A stretch of 64,000 bases of DNA from an uncultured delta proteobacterium (GCA_963706575.1 CAVPNL010000006.1:64001-128000); one strand, 5' to 3'; positions 8,740-18,729 are shown, counted from the stretch's first letter. Made by a program: numbers and translations. Notes: a model not told the origin generated them from the sequence alone.

Positions 8740-9207
8740 ATGCAAGCATATCGCGCTTGTCACCACTCAGAAATTGGGCCCCTTGAAGTTGTTGGGAGTC
8801 AAAAAGGTATTTTAACCATTACATTTGGTGCAGACGAATTTGAAACCGACCGCAACCTGCCGGCCCCCATGACGGAATGCCTGCGACAGCTGGCTGAATA
8901 TTTTAAAGGCCGGCGCCAAAAATTCAGCATTCCCCTGCTTCTGGAAGGAACCGATTTTCAAAAAGCCGTCTGGCGGCAGTTGCAAAAAATTCCTTTTGGG
9001 CAGACAGCCTCCTACGGGGATGTTGCCCGGGGCGTCGGTAGTCCCAGGGCCTTTCGAGCGGTGGGCAACGCCAACAACAAGAACCCGATTCCCCTGATTA
9101 TCCCCTGTCACCGCGTAATCGGCAGTGACGGCAAACTGGTCGGTTTCGGCGGCGGTATCTGGCGCAAAGAGTGGCTGCTGGACCATGAAAAACGGTTTCG
9201 ATTCTAA
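8740..9207 (+). CDS. ogt: Methylated-DNA-protein-cysteine methyltransferase
   Basis: GTDFQKAVW, RAVG and PCHRV active site. Confidence 0.95.
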   Translation: MQAYRACHHSEIGPLEVVGSQKGILTITFGADEFETDRNLPAPMTECLRQLAEYFKGRRQKFSIPLLLEGTDFQKAVWRQLQKIPFGQTASYGDVARGVGSPRAFRAVGNANNKNPIPLIIPCHRVIGSDGKLVGFGGGIWRKEWLLDHEKRFRF

Positions 9208-9374
9208 CCGGAATCCCGCTTAATACGGTGGACATTAACCTTCCTGACACTTGCCCTTATTGCTGACATTTATTGCCGCATTCAATGACAATTTTTGTAA
9301 TCTGCTGTCATTGTAAAATTCCAATAGAAATTTATCTAGTTGCAATTATTCATAAAAATTTCTTCGATGTCTGA

Positions 9375-9389
9375 TGGTATGGATTTTGC
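9375..9389 (+). promoter_or_regulatory. sigma54 promoter
   Basis: TGGTATGGATTTTGC (GG-N10-GC); TGACA/TGTCA half-sites at about 9245-9310 could bind an enhancer protein. Confidence 0.6.
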
Positions 9390-9427
9390 TCGATTTTAAG
9401 GCATTATTTCGTCATCGGGGGAGAATT

Positions 9428-10231
9428 ATGAATCGGAAAAGAGTTCTCGGGATTTGTTTAATATTTCTGATGGTTGCTTTCATTTTTATTCAGCCGGCCT
9501 ATGCCGGTCCCGGCGGCCAGATTGCTAAAATCCTTGCCAAGACCTTCTGGGGGAAAATGGCCCTGGGTCTACTGACGCTCATCCTGCTGCCGGTCGGTAT
9601 TTATTTATACATCAAGCAGAAGCTGGCGGAGCGGCGGGCCCATAAAGATCTGAGGTTTATGGCGCAGCATGATCCAAATTTCGAATGGCGGCGGGCCAAA
9701 AAGCGTATTCTGGACTGCTTTTATCGGATCCACAGCGCCTGGAAAGACGAAGATGTATCCGAAGCCTGTGAGTATCTGACCGACTGGTATTGGCAAAACC
9801 AGCAACTGGTCTATCTGGATAGATGGCACCGGGAAGGACTGCGCAATGTCTGTGCAGTCAAAAAGATCCGGGCCATCCGCCCGCTGCTTTTCATTCACCG
9901 CAACGATGATACTGCCCATGGGGGCTCCCTGCTGGTGGTATCGATAACCGCCAATATGCAGGATTACCGGGTTCAGCGCGAGACCGACAAAGTGGTCGAA
10001 GGCGACCGGAAATTTAAGGATCGCGAAACCATCTGGACCTTTAGCCTGGTCGAGGGCCAATGGCGAGTGTCTAACATTGAAGCGGCCGGGTGTGAATTTG
10101 ACTATATCTTTCAGGTTAAAAACGTGCCCAGGATTGAAGAAATGGTTATGGGCCCTGCGAATCCGATAAAAATCGATGGTGAGCAAATAAATACGGGCAA
10201 CTGGAGCGCCGGTTCCATTGAGCCGCTTTAA
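9428..10231 (+). CDS. Tim44-like domain membrane protein
   Basis: Signal peptide ending AYA, one TM helix, then a Tim44-like domain (..VVEGD..ETIWTF..WRVSNIE); start moved downstream of the sigma54 site. Confidence 0.7.
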   Translation: MNRKRVLGICLIFLMVAFIFIQPAYAGPGGQIAKILAKTFWGKMALGLLTLILLPVGIYLYIKQKLAERRAHKDLRFMAQHDPNFEWRRAKKRILDCFYRIHSAWKDEDVSEACEYLTDWYWQNQQLVYLDRWHREGLRNVCAVKKIRAIRPLLFIHRNDDTAHGGSLLVVSITANMQDYRVQRETDKVVEGDRKFKDRETIWTFSLVEGQWRVSNIEAAGCEFDYIFQVKNVPRIEEMVMGPANPIKIDGEQINTGNWSAGSIEPL

Positions 10232-10261
10232 GGAAGAATGGCTTATTTAGACGCGTTAGCT

Positions 10262-10738
10262 TTAGTGACTGCCGCCTTTCATCGGTATTAGCGGTGCTAA
10301 CTTAACGATCTGGCCGTTTTCATTTACCTCAACAGCCGCTGCACGCATGGCGGAATACCACACTCCGACATTTCTGCCGAGATGATCTAAAATGGTAAAT
10401 CCCCAGGATCGGGTGCCGCAGCCTGAGCCCTTGAAAGAAACCCGATCGATCAATGTGTGGAAATCTTTCGATTGGGTATCGATTTTCACCCACAGCTTTG
10501 AATTCAGATCGAAGTTTTTATTTATTCCAGCGATGACAATAGGGCTGCTAAATGTACCCCAGTAGTAATATGTGTGGTCCGGCATAATCTGATATGCTTC
10601 AAAAGCGGGTGTAATATCAGGAGTTGATTCCAGCCTTCCATAATTTGACATGGCACAGCCGCCAAGAACGGCTAAAGCGATGAAAAGCAAAATGATGCTG
10701 CCTGGCAAACTGCGGTTGTATATTTTTAATCCAATCAT
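10262..10738 (-). CDS. Hypothetical lipoprotein
   Basis: Lipobox LGGC after a hydrophobic stretch. Confidence 0.7.
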   Translation of the reverse strand: MIGLKIYNRSLPGSIILLFIALAVLGGCAMSNYGRLESTPDITPAFEAYQIMPDHTYYYWGTFSSPIVIAGINKNFDLNSKLWVKIDTQSKDFHTLIDRVSFKGSGCGTRSWGFTILDHLGRNVGVWYSAMRAAAVEVNENGQIVKLAPLIPMKGGSH

Positions 10739-10831
10739 TTGAGCAACCTTTCTAAGTTATAAAATCAAAATATGAGAATATCCAGACTGGGTTCCCTATT
10801 CAGATATCATAGCTGATAGTGTCCCTGTCAA

Positions 10832-11086
10832 GTGATAGGAAGTGATTTTTTCCCGGCCGCCGAAGCGCTGCCGATGACTGAAACCCTGGCCTTGACCGTT
10901 TTGGACCAAACTTTCGGCCTCACCGGAGATGACGGCGCTTTCCAGCGATTTGCGGCGGAATATGATTTAACCGATGCCATCGAAATTGCAGGGGGAGCGG
11001 TGTTTTACCAATCCGGCGACCTGCCCCGATTCCGCGACGTGGGCAAAAACGACCGCCTGTATTTAGAATTCAAATACAATTTTTAA
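10832..11086 (+). pseudogene. C-terminal remnant of an outer-membrane beta-barrel protein
   Basis: Amphipathic strands ending NDRLYLEFKYNF (BAM signal-like terminal Phe); no signal peptide or N-terminal part. Confidence 0.55.
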
Positions 11087-11171
11087 TTTTATTTACAGTA
11101 ATATATCTAAATTAAAGCTTTTGAATTGTAAAATCTCGAAGCTATTTGAATCTAAAATTAAAAAAAACTCC

Positions 11172-11214
11172 TTGACAAATAATTTTATTGTTCTATAATT
11201 CGATACATGTCGAA
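11172..11214 (+). promoter_or_regulatory. sigma70 promoter and ArsR operator overlapping the start codon (likely leaderless mRNA)
   Basis: TTGACA (11172)-N16-TATAAT (11194-11199); ATG 7 nt later; palindrome TTCGATACATGTCGAA at 11199-11214. Confidence 0.75.
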
Positions 11215-11515
11215 TAATAAACTTGATAAATATTCCGGAATTTTTAAGGCGCTGGCCAACCCCAACCGGTTAAAGATTTTTATTAGCCTGGCAACCTGCT
11301 GCAAGCCCGGAACCATCGGGATCATCGACTCCAGCAATACCGCATGTGTGGGGGATATCGGTAAGGATTTAGATATCGTACCGTCTACAGTGTCCCATCA
11401 TATCAAAGAGTTGCGTCGGGCGGGCCTGATTAAAACCCACCGCAATGGGCAGAACATCGAATGCTGGGTGGATCCAGAGATTTTGGAAGAATTGAAGTAT
11501 TTTTTTTCTTTTTAA
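11207..11515 (+). CDS. arsR: Arsenic-responsive ArsR repressor
   Basis: KALANPNR, CC and ACVGDI, STVSHH HTH; directly upstream of arsM. Confidence 0.88.
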   Translation: MSNNKLDKYSGIFKALANPNRLKIFISLATCCKPGTIGIIDSSNTACVGDIGKDLDIVPSTVSHHIKELRRAGLIKTHRNGQNIECWVDPEILEELKYFFSF

Positions 11516-11544
11516 CGGGTGGTGCATTTTTTTTGCGTATATAT

Positions 11545-11560
11545 TTCGATAGATGTCGAA
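11545..11560 (+). promoter_or_regulatory. Second copy of the ArsR operator, between arsR and arsM
   Basis: TTCGATAGATGTCGAA, one mismatch to 11199-11214. Confidence 0.75.
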
Positions 11561-11586
11561 TAATTAAACAACGGAGGACTAAAAAC

Positions 11587-12390
11587 ATGGGAACGAAGAA
11601 TTCAGATCAAATTCGTCAGGCGGTCCGAAGCCGATATGGCGAAATTGCCAAACAGGAAACCTCAGGATGCGGCTGCAGCACGCTTTCATCCTGCTGCGGT
11701 GCGACACCCGGGTCAATTGAAAAAATGTCCCAGGCGTTTGGTTACACCAAAGAGCAGCTGGACAGCGCTCCTGAAGGCGCCAACATGGGGCTGGGCTGCG
11801 GCAACCCTCAGGCGATTGCATCCCTGAAGGAAGGCGAAACGGTTTTAGACCTGGGCAGCGGCGGCGGTTTCGATTGCTTTCTGGCAGCAAAATCGGTGGG
11901 CGAATCCGGCCGGGTCATCGGCGTAGACATGACCGCCGATATGGTCAGCAAAGCCCGTCAAAATGCCGAAAAACTTGGCGCTAAGAATGTTGAGTTCAGA
12001 CTGGGTGAGATCGAGCACCTGCCGGTGGCCGATGCCAGTGTGGATGTGATTATCTCAAACTGCGTCATCAACCTTTCGCCGGAGAAAATGGATGTATTCC
12101 AAGAAGCCTGGCGTGTGCTCAAGCCCGGCGGCCGTCTGGCGATTTTAGATGTGGTGGCACTTCAGACACTGCCCGCTGAAATCAAAAACGATATATCCCT
12201 GATATCCGGATGCGTCGGGGGCACCGAGAAAATTGAAGATATCGAAAAAGCACTTCAGGAAGCCGGCTTCCTGAATATCAACATACATCCCAAGGATGAA
12301 AGCCGTGAAAGTATCCGTGAGTGGTTTCCCGGGCGGAATTTGGAAGACTATGTGGCCTCGGCGACAATAGAGGCAAAAAAGCCTTTTTGA
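11587..12390 (+). CDS. arsM: Arsenite S-adenosylmethionine methyltransferase
   Basis: GLGCGNP, VLDLGSGGGFDC, ISNCVINL and GCVGG motifs; Cys-rich N-terminus; GGAGG RBS before ATG 11587. Confidence 0.93.
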   Translation: MGTKNSDQIRQAVRSRYGEIAKQETSGCGCSTLSSCCGATPGSIEKMSQAFGYTKEQLDSAPEGANMGLGCGNPQAIASLKEGETVLDLGSGGGFDCFLAAKSVGESGRVIGVDMTADMVSKARQNAEKLGAKNVEFRLGEIEHLPVADASVDVIISNCVINLSPEKMDVFQEAWRVLKPGGRLAILDVVALQTLPAEIKNDISLISGCVGGTEKIEDIEKALQEAGFLNINIHPKDESRESIREWFPGRNLEDYVASATIEAKKPF

Positions 12391-12396
12391 ATTTCT

Positions 12397-12429
12397 CACG
12401 CAAAGGCGCAAAGCCGTGAAGGCGCAAAG
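12397..12429. repeat. 9-bp tandem units (CGCAAAGGC), a half REP-like element
   Basis: CACGCAAAGGCGCAAAGCCGTGAAGGCGCAAAG. Confidence 0.6.
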
Positions 12430-12463
12430 ATAATTATAATTAAAACGAATCGGAGGATAGAAA

Positions 12464-12994
12464 TTGAATGCCCAAACAACTACTCGGGAGATCGTGCTGC
12501 CGGATGGAGATGAGTGGATTTTAAGGGTCAAGGAAAAAGCCTTTGAAAATATGAAACGCCATGACGGCTGCGCCCAGGTGATTGTGGATGCATTTATGCA
12601 GGAATGGGGAATTCACGATCCATGGGTGACGCGGTCTGCCACTGCATTTTTAGGCGGCATGCTGTCTTCATACACCTGCGGTGTTCACGTGGCCGGCATG
12701 ATGGTCCTGGGATTGCTGATTGGCAGGGAAAATATCGAAGAGGGTCTGGATGGGATTTTCCCTATTGCAATCCCAGGGCAGGAACTCATCCAGCGGCTCA
12801 ATGCGAAGATCGGCAGCCATTCCTGCAAAGAGTTGACCGGTGTGGACTTTACGGATCTTAATGCGGCGCTGGAATTTCATGCCTCAAAAGAGCATGAAAA
12901 ATGTTTTGACCGAGTGGCGGACGGCGCGGAAGAAATCGCGCTATTTATAAAAGAGCTCAACCAAAAAGGCGAATTGTTCCGGCTTTCAAATTAA
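12464..12994 (+). CDS. C-GCAxxG-C-C family putative redox protein
   Basis: GCAQ..TCG..SCKELTG..EKC cysteine spacing. Confidence 0.8.
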   Translation: MNAQTTTREIVLPDGDEWILRVKEKAFENMKRHDGCAQVIVDAFMQEWGIHDPWVTRSATAFLGGMLSSYTCGVHVAGMMVLGLLIGRENIEEGLDGIFPIAIPGQELIQRLNAKIGSHSCKELTGVDFTDLNAALEFHASKEHEKCFDRVADGAEEIALFIKELNQKGELFRLSN

Positions 12995-13022
12995 TTTAAT
13001 TAAGAGGTCGAGGAGTTTTTCC

Positions 13023-13118
13023 GTCATTCCCGCGCAGGCAGGAATCCGGCCTTGTCCCCGCACAGATGGGGATCCAAACATAAAAGCATTTCTGGATTCC
13101 CGCCTGCGTGGGAATGAC
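13023..13118. repeat. CGTC-type REP doublet (GTCATTCCCGC..GGAATCC / GGATTCCCGC..GGGAATGAC)
   Basis: Two inverted ATTCCC-N8-GGGAAT-like palindromes plus an inner degenerate copy, framed by GGAGTTTTT/AAAAACTCC. Confidence 0.85.
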
Positions 13119-13169
13119 AAACTTTTAATAAAAAAACTCCCGGATCCCAACTATTTTAAGGAGGCTGTT

Positions 13170-13499
13170 ATGAAACCTTTTTACAAAGGCTTGGACACCG
13201 AAACCCAATTACTGGTGGCCCTGGGTTCGGCCGTGGCATCCGGCTGCATACCTTGTCTTGAGAGTATTACCGGACTGGCCCGTGCCGAAGGTATCGATGA
13301 AAAAAAGCTGCGGGCCGCCGCCATCATCGGCCAGTTTGTCAAAGACCAGCCCGCCAATAATATGAAAACCACCGCCGACGCGCTTTTAGGCACCCATCTC
13401 CAATCGGCAGCTGCCCAGGCCGGGTGTCCGATGGAATCGGATGCGGCGCCGAAGGCAGTTGATTCTAATGAATCCAAGAAGGCCTGTGGATGTTCATAA
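13170..13499 (+). CDS. Carboxymuconolactone decarboxylase/AhpD-like protein with CxxC
   Basis: LVALGSAVASGCIPCL..ARAEG; C-terminal CGC; AAGGAGG RBS. Confidence 0.8.
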   Translation: MKPFYKGLDTETQLLVALGSAVASGCIPCLESITGLARAEGIDEKKLRAAAIIGQFVKDQPANNMKTTADALLGTHLQSAAAQAGCPMESDAAPKAVDSNESKKACGCS

Positions 13500-13657
13500 A
13501 TATGATATTTCAATCTGACAGTAACATAAGCCGCCTTTAATAGCGCTTGGCACCGGCACCATCAACGGCAGCAAAGAGCAAAAACAGGATGCCTTCACGG
13601 GCTCTTGCTAAATTAAACTTCTGATCCTGCAAAATGTTCAGATAGTATTCTCGAAGA

Positions 13658-14347
13658 TCAGGCGGGTTTTATTACATTATGATAGTGCAAATTGGGATGA
13701 TTACATATGTCGCATGGCGTCTTAGGTGCTTCATCTATAGTTGATCCACAAATCTCACATACGTGAAAGTCGAATTTCATTCCTTCTAATTTTTTCGCCA
13801 CATGTCCAAAAAAATATTTCGAATATTTTCGAATTTCACTTATTTTTCGTCTATGTTGCTGATGGGATTTCCATGAGTACATACAATTGATAACAGCTTG
13901 ATCATGTGATTCTTTTTTTAGTTCTGCAAGGAAACCCGGATAGGTTTTTTTGATCTTTTTTAACTCACCCGCTGTCGCCTTTATCAAATTTGCTTTCGTG
14001 TCCAATATTGAAATATCCAATTCAGGCTCTGTGGTCCCTGCACTCATTGAGGCAAGTATCCTTTTGTAGTTCTCAGCGTGTATTTTTTCAGAATATGCAA
14101 AGGCGGTGAAAAGATAGGCAATATTAGAATATTTTTCTTCAACCGCTTTTCGGGAATAACGAACATAATTTTCATATGTCATCTTTTCTGTTTCATAGGC
14201 GGTTTTTAAAACAGCGACAGTTACTGGGAAGCTGTCATTTTTTGCCAGTTTATTTTCATTTGAAGATGCAGCAGCAATAGACAATGGATATAAGAGTGAC
14301 AATGAAGCAATACGATAAAGAAAATTTCTTCTTGAAATTATTTCCAT
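13658..14347 (-). CDS. Rubrerythrin-like protein with Tat signal
   Basis: SRRNFL; ferritin-like helices (AYSEKIHA); C-terminal CEIC..CDIC rubredoxin-like site. Confidence 0.8.
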   Translation of the reverse strand: MEIISRRNFLYRIASLSLLYPLSIAAASSNENKLAKNDSFPVTVAVLKTAYETEKMTYENYVRYSRKAVEEKYSNIAYLFTAFAYSEKIHAENYKRILASMSAGTTEPELDISILDTKANLIKATAGELKKIKKTYPGFLAELKKESHDQAVINCMYSWKSHQQHRRKISEIRKYSKYFFGHVAKKLEGMKFDFHVCEICGSTIDEAPKTPCDICNHPNLHYHNVIKPA

Positions 14348-14431
14348 GTTAAAAACTCCCGAAAAGCATTATTTCACCAAATTACAGATCCATTAAACGC
14401 ATTTTTCCTTATATTGCACACGCCGTGTCGC

Positions 14432-17400
14432 TTAAACTTCACGCATCACGGCCAATTCCTCTCTGACTTTATCCGGCTCGATCGGGGTGTCTAGGCGCTC
14501 GAAGATCTCCAGGGCCTTTGTTAGATACTCCCGGGCCTGGGCGATTTCACCTTGCTGCTTGTGGAGCCGGCCATAGCCTGCGTAGGCCATCGCCAACTGT
14601 TTTCGGCCTTGATCTCTCGAAAAATGGCGATGCTTTTCTCGAAGTGGGGTGCCGCCTGGGTCGGATTGGTTTTCAGGGCGATCTCGCCCAAAAGCCGTTG
14701 AGCAAACCCGACATAATACCTGACCCCACAGCGCTCTGCCATTTCCAGGCCTTCTTCGAACGTCTGTCTCGCTTTCTCGTCCTTTCCGGCCAGCCAGTAC
14801 CCCTCACCCAAAAAGCATGCGAGTGGGATTTCACTATTAATAAACCGTCCAGCGCGAAAAATCGCTAACACCGCAGTCAGAAGCTCAATTCCCCTTGTTG
14901 TATCTCCGGCTCGGCACAAGGCCCATCCAAGACTTCTCTGCGCCCACGCTTTGTCGGCAGGTGTAGGCGCTTTCTGGACCGCCAGCTCCCCATATTCGAC
15001 TGCCCGGGCCAGATCGCCTTGCCAGGTATAGGCTATCGACAGGTTCCAGGCGACAAAAGAGATCAGGCTGTTGTCTGAAAATTCCTCGGCAACGCTCAGC
15101 GCCTTTTGAGCTTCTTCCACCGCCTCATCCCAGCGACCAAGACATGCGTAGGCCCTTGAGGCTGCGGACAACGCATACGTATGAAAGCGAAGGTTAAACT
15201 GCTGCTCCATCGTGCGAAGGACGTCTTCTTTCAAGGCGAGGACTCGGTCGTAGTCGCCCCTATCCAAATGGCAAAATTGCCAGAACACATATGCATACCC
15301 GGCATCTTCAACGTTTCCAGATGCTTCAGCAAGTTCTGCTGCCTTGGTCAGGGTTTGGATGGCCTGATCAAAGTTGCCGAACGAATACTCACAGTGTCCC
15401 AAGCGGGCATAGAACGCCCCCAGCAGCTCTGGATTCCCTAACTCCCTCGCCATGGGCTCGTAGCGGGTCAAAAGGTCGTAATACTCTGGGTGCCTTAAGA
15501 GCAGAAAGAACACGATCCCCTGGTTTACCAACAGAGAGATTCGCCGCTGTCGGTTCTCTTCGGTCTCGGGCAGGGCATCGAGAAGTTCCATGGCCTCATC
15601 AAAATAGGCCTTAGCCTCCTCCATGGCGTTGAGCTTGACCGCCTTCTGGTTGGCCAGATCCAGATACTCCACCGCCTTGTCCGCATTGGCACTGCGCCCA
15701 TAGTGGTAGGCCAGCAGTTCGTAGTGTTCTTCGAGCCGATCCGGGTAGAGTGCTTCTATGGCTTCTCCTATCTTTTCATGAATCTCCTTTCTTCTTTTGA
15801 GAAGTAAGCTGTTATAGGCCACCTCTTGAGTGAGCGCATGCTTGAAGATATAGGTCGATTGGGGATATATTCCTCTCTCATAGAGAAGCTCTGAGTCCTT
15901 TAAAACGGATAGATGGGACAGTAATTCCTGTTCTGCGAGTCCCGTCACCTGCTTGATTAAATCGTAGCTGAACTCCCTCCCAACCACTGAGACCGGTCTG
16001 AAGCACGCCCTTCGCCCCCTCAGGCAGGGAGTCAACCCGGGCCATGATGACATCCTGAATCGTGGCAGGAATGGTCACCTCCTTGATATCTTTTGCTAAG
16101 CGATATTTGTTGTCCTCTTTCTCAATGATCTTTAGATCTTTAAGGGACTTTATAAACTCCTCGATGAAAAAGGGGACTCCTTCTGTCTTCTCAAGGATCA
16201 ACTCCTCAAGATCTGCTATCAAGCTCCTCTGTGCCCAGGAGATGAGATACCATGGTAAGGCTCTCTCGGTTGGAGAGCCGGTTCAAGGTCACCTGACTGT
16301 GATAGGACTTGGCGCCCCAGGTGTGAACAAACTCCGGCCGGTAGGTAAATATCAATAAGACCCTTGCCCCCGGTATGCTCTCTAAAACATATTTCAATAC
16401 TTCCTCTGAACTCTTGTCCACCCAGTGGAGATCCTCATAGGCCATGATCAGGGGCCGGATCTCAGAACCTTTAAGGACGATTCTGCTTTAATGCCTCAAT
16501 GATTCGATCTTTCTTCGCCTCAGGGCTCATGGGGATCTTGTCGATACCGCTGTCTTTGACCGACAAGAGCTCCAAAAGATAGGGAAGGGTCGAAGCTTCA
16601 TCTGCCCCCAATATTTTCAGGCCTCTTTTGACCTTTTCCCTGATCTCTGAATCTCCATCGCCCTCCCTGGATATCGAAGTTTGCTTTCAGGATGTCTATG
16701 ATGCGGATGATAGGCTACGCCCCTGCTGTAAGAGAGGCACTTTCCCTCCAAAAAGGTCACATCCTCGTTGGCTACAGCCTTTCTGAACTCATACAAGAGC
16801 CTGGATTTGCCTACCCCGGCCTCGGCCACGATGGAAAAGGCCTGCCCTCTGCCTGCCTTGGCCCGTTCAAAACCATCAAGCAGAAGCTCAAGCTCCCGCT
16901 CCCTTCCCACAAAAGGAGTCAGACCCCGCTCGGCACTGACGTCAAATCGTGTCCTTCTGGTACTGGGGGCGATCACCCGGTAGACATTGACCGGCTCTTC
17001 CTTACCCTTGATTTCCCTTTGCCCCAGAGCCTCAAACCGAAAGAATCCCTCGGTGAGCTTGAATGTATCCTCTGTCACATAGGTCGTTCCTGGCTCTGCC
17101 AGCCCTTCCATCCTGGAGGCCAGATTCACCGTGTCACCAACTGCCTTGAACTCTACTCGCAGATCATTACCCAGGGTACCCACAACCACCGGACCGGTGT
17201 GAATGCCGATTCGCATTTTAAGAGGCGGGAGCACCTTTTTTTTCTTGTTTCAATTGGTCACTGAATTTTGCCATTTCCCGGTGAATGGCAAGGCTGATCG
17301 AATCGCCCGTTGCGGTGCATCCTCCAAGGCAACTGGGGCTCCAAAAAGGGCCATAATTCCATCACCGGTCATCTCGTTGACCGTACCTTCGTAGTCGTGG

Positions 17401-17795
17401 ACCTTGTGAATCAGGATTTCATAGACCTGATCCATGATGGCGTAGGCTTCTTCAGGACCGAGTCTCTCCGACAGGGGGGTAAATCCCTCCATGTCGCAGA
17501 ACATCACCGTGACCTGTTTGCGTTCACCTTCGATCCTGTCTCTTTGGGATAGGATTTTCTCGGTAAGACCCTTGGGAAGGTATCGTTGAATTTTAGTTAT
17601 TTTTTCATCAAAGGAGAGGTCTTTAGGGGCTTGTTCAACAGGTAAGCTTAGCTTCGACCCGCATTCATCGCAAAATTTGCTGCCAACTCGGTTGGTAGCT
17701 CCACATTCGGGGCAGGTCAGTTCAAATTTGTAACCGCACTCATTGCAAAACTTTGCCCCTTCACGATTCTCAAACTGACAATTTGGGCACTTCAT
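14432..17795 (-). pseudogene. Double zinc-ribbon / class III adenylate-guanylate cyclase / AAA / TPR protein broken by several single-base indels
   Basis: Consecutive ORF pieces in shifting frames: CxxC ribbons, [58 protein letters not shown], TPRs; reconstructed end ...ELAVMREV* at 14432. Confidence 0.85.
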
Positions 17796-17902
17796 TTTTA
17801 TGCCCTCCTCTTTAGAATTGAACAGTTTGAATTGGAGTGAAGGAAATCTGAATGGTTTTGCCGAAAATACTTTAATTAGGGTTCAATGTCAATTATTTGG
17901 AC

Positions 17903-17917
17903 ACTCAATATCTTGTG
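17903..17917. promoter_or_regulatory. NrdR-box-like site upstream of the cyclase promoter
   Basis: ACTCAATATCTTGTG versus consensus acaCwAtATaTwGtg; adjacent to a minus-strand TTGACA. Confidence 0.5.
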
Positions 17918-18003
17918 GTTAAGTTTCGGGAGAGATTTTTGAAATTTCTTGTCACAAAACAAAATATCAGACAACTTCTGGAGATGTCTGGAATCGTGTA
18001 GCG

Positions 18004-18300
18004 TTAAGCATCAGTGGCCCTGGTGGCGGTCGGTCGAATGTGCATGTTGGGCTCTTTGGTTGGCGAGTCAAGAACAGGTATGATCTCAAATTCAACCAGA
18101 TCACTCCATTTTTCAATCCAAAGATTGAACAATTCAGAATCGTCTGTTTCCATCAACTGAAAACAGCGTGTTCCGTCTTCTGTAAGCCATGAATCGATGT
18201 ATTTAAGCCCATCAGGCAGCATACGCCCCTTTGCCTCATAGCGAGCATAGACCTTTTCTTTCGATCCCGGCTTGAACATCTCGATGACCATGTATTTCAA
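18004..18300 (-). CDS. DUF3303-like small protein
   Basis: YMVIE.F..RYEAKGRMLPDGLKYIDSW..CFQLME..WSDLVEFEIIPV; GGGAGG RBS with TTG start. Confidence 0.8.
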   Translation of the reverse strand: MKYMVIEMFKPGSKEKVYARYEAKGRMLPDGLKYIDSWLTEDGTRCFQLMETDDSELFNLWIEKWSDLVEFEIIPVLDSPTKEPNMHIRPTATRATDA

Positions 18301-18552
18301 TTGTGCCTCCCTATGTTCCTTGGATGTGCCGCCTAATAACGATCATAAGCCGCGTCAAAATCAATCGACTGAGCTTCGATCTTTTGATTGATCATAAAAA
18401 CGGAAAACTTCTGATATGAAATCGATATCAAAGGTAGACGGAGCTTTCAAGGGCGGAGGGGCTTAGTGGAAATAGGGCTGGATTCGTTTAAATGTTCGTG
18501 AAATTGTGTTGTCTCAGATGGTTTGAACTTTCAGGGGGATCAAAAGGTTAGC

Positions 18553-18729
18553 CTATTTGATATGAAATGATTTCTTCATTATTTCCAACCAGGAAAACTT
18601 CACCGTTTTTGGATCTTTCTCTGCGCTGGTGGATTTTTTGGAAAACTCGCTATCCAGATATTCCTGGACAGGTTTATAATTTTCATACCAGATGGTTTCT
18701 TCATCTTGCATTTTAAATGTACCTTTCAT
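18553..18729 (-). CDS. 58-aa hypothetical protein
   Basis: Hand translation MKGTFKMQDEETIWYENYKPVQEYLDSEFSKK...; below the ORF-track cut-off. Confidence 0.4.
   Translation of the reverse strand: MKGTFKMQDEETIWYENYKPVQEYLDSEFSKKSTSAEKDPKTVKFSWLEIMKKSFHIK

Noticed and set aside
12464..13499. Selenocysteine read-through in the C-GCAxxG-C-C and CMD proteins
   Set aside because: The relevant positions are Cys codons; I saw no in-frame TGA with continued homology here or at other TGA stops checked
14432..17795. Programmed frameshifting or a diversity-generating retroelement target
   Set aside because: Indels are scattered and mostly outside slippery runs; no reverse transcriptase or template/variable repeat pair in the window
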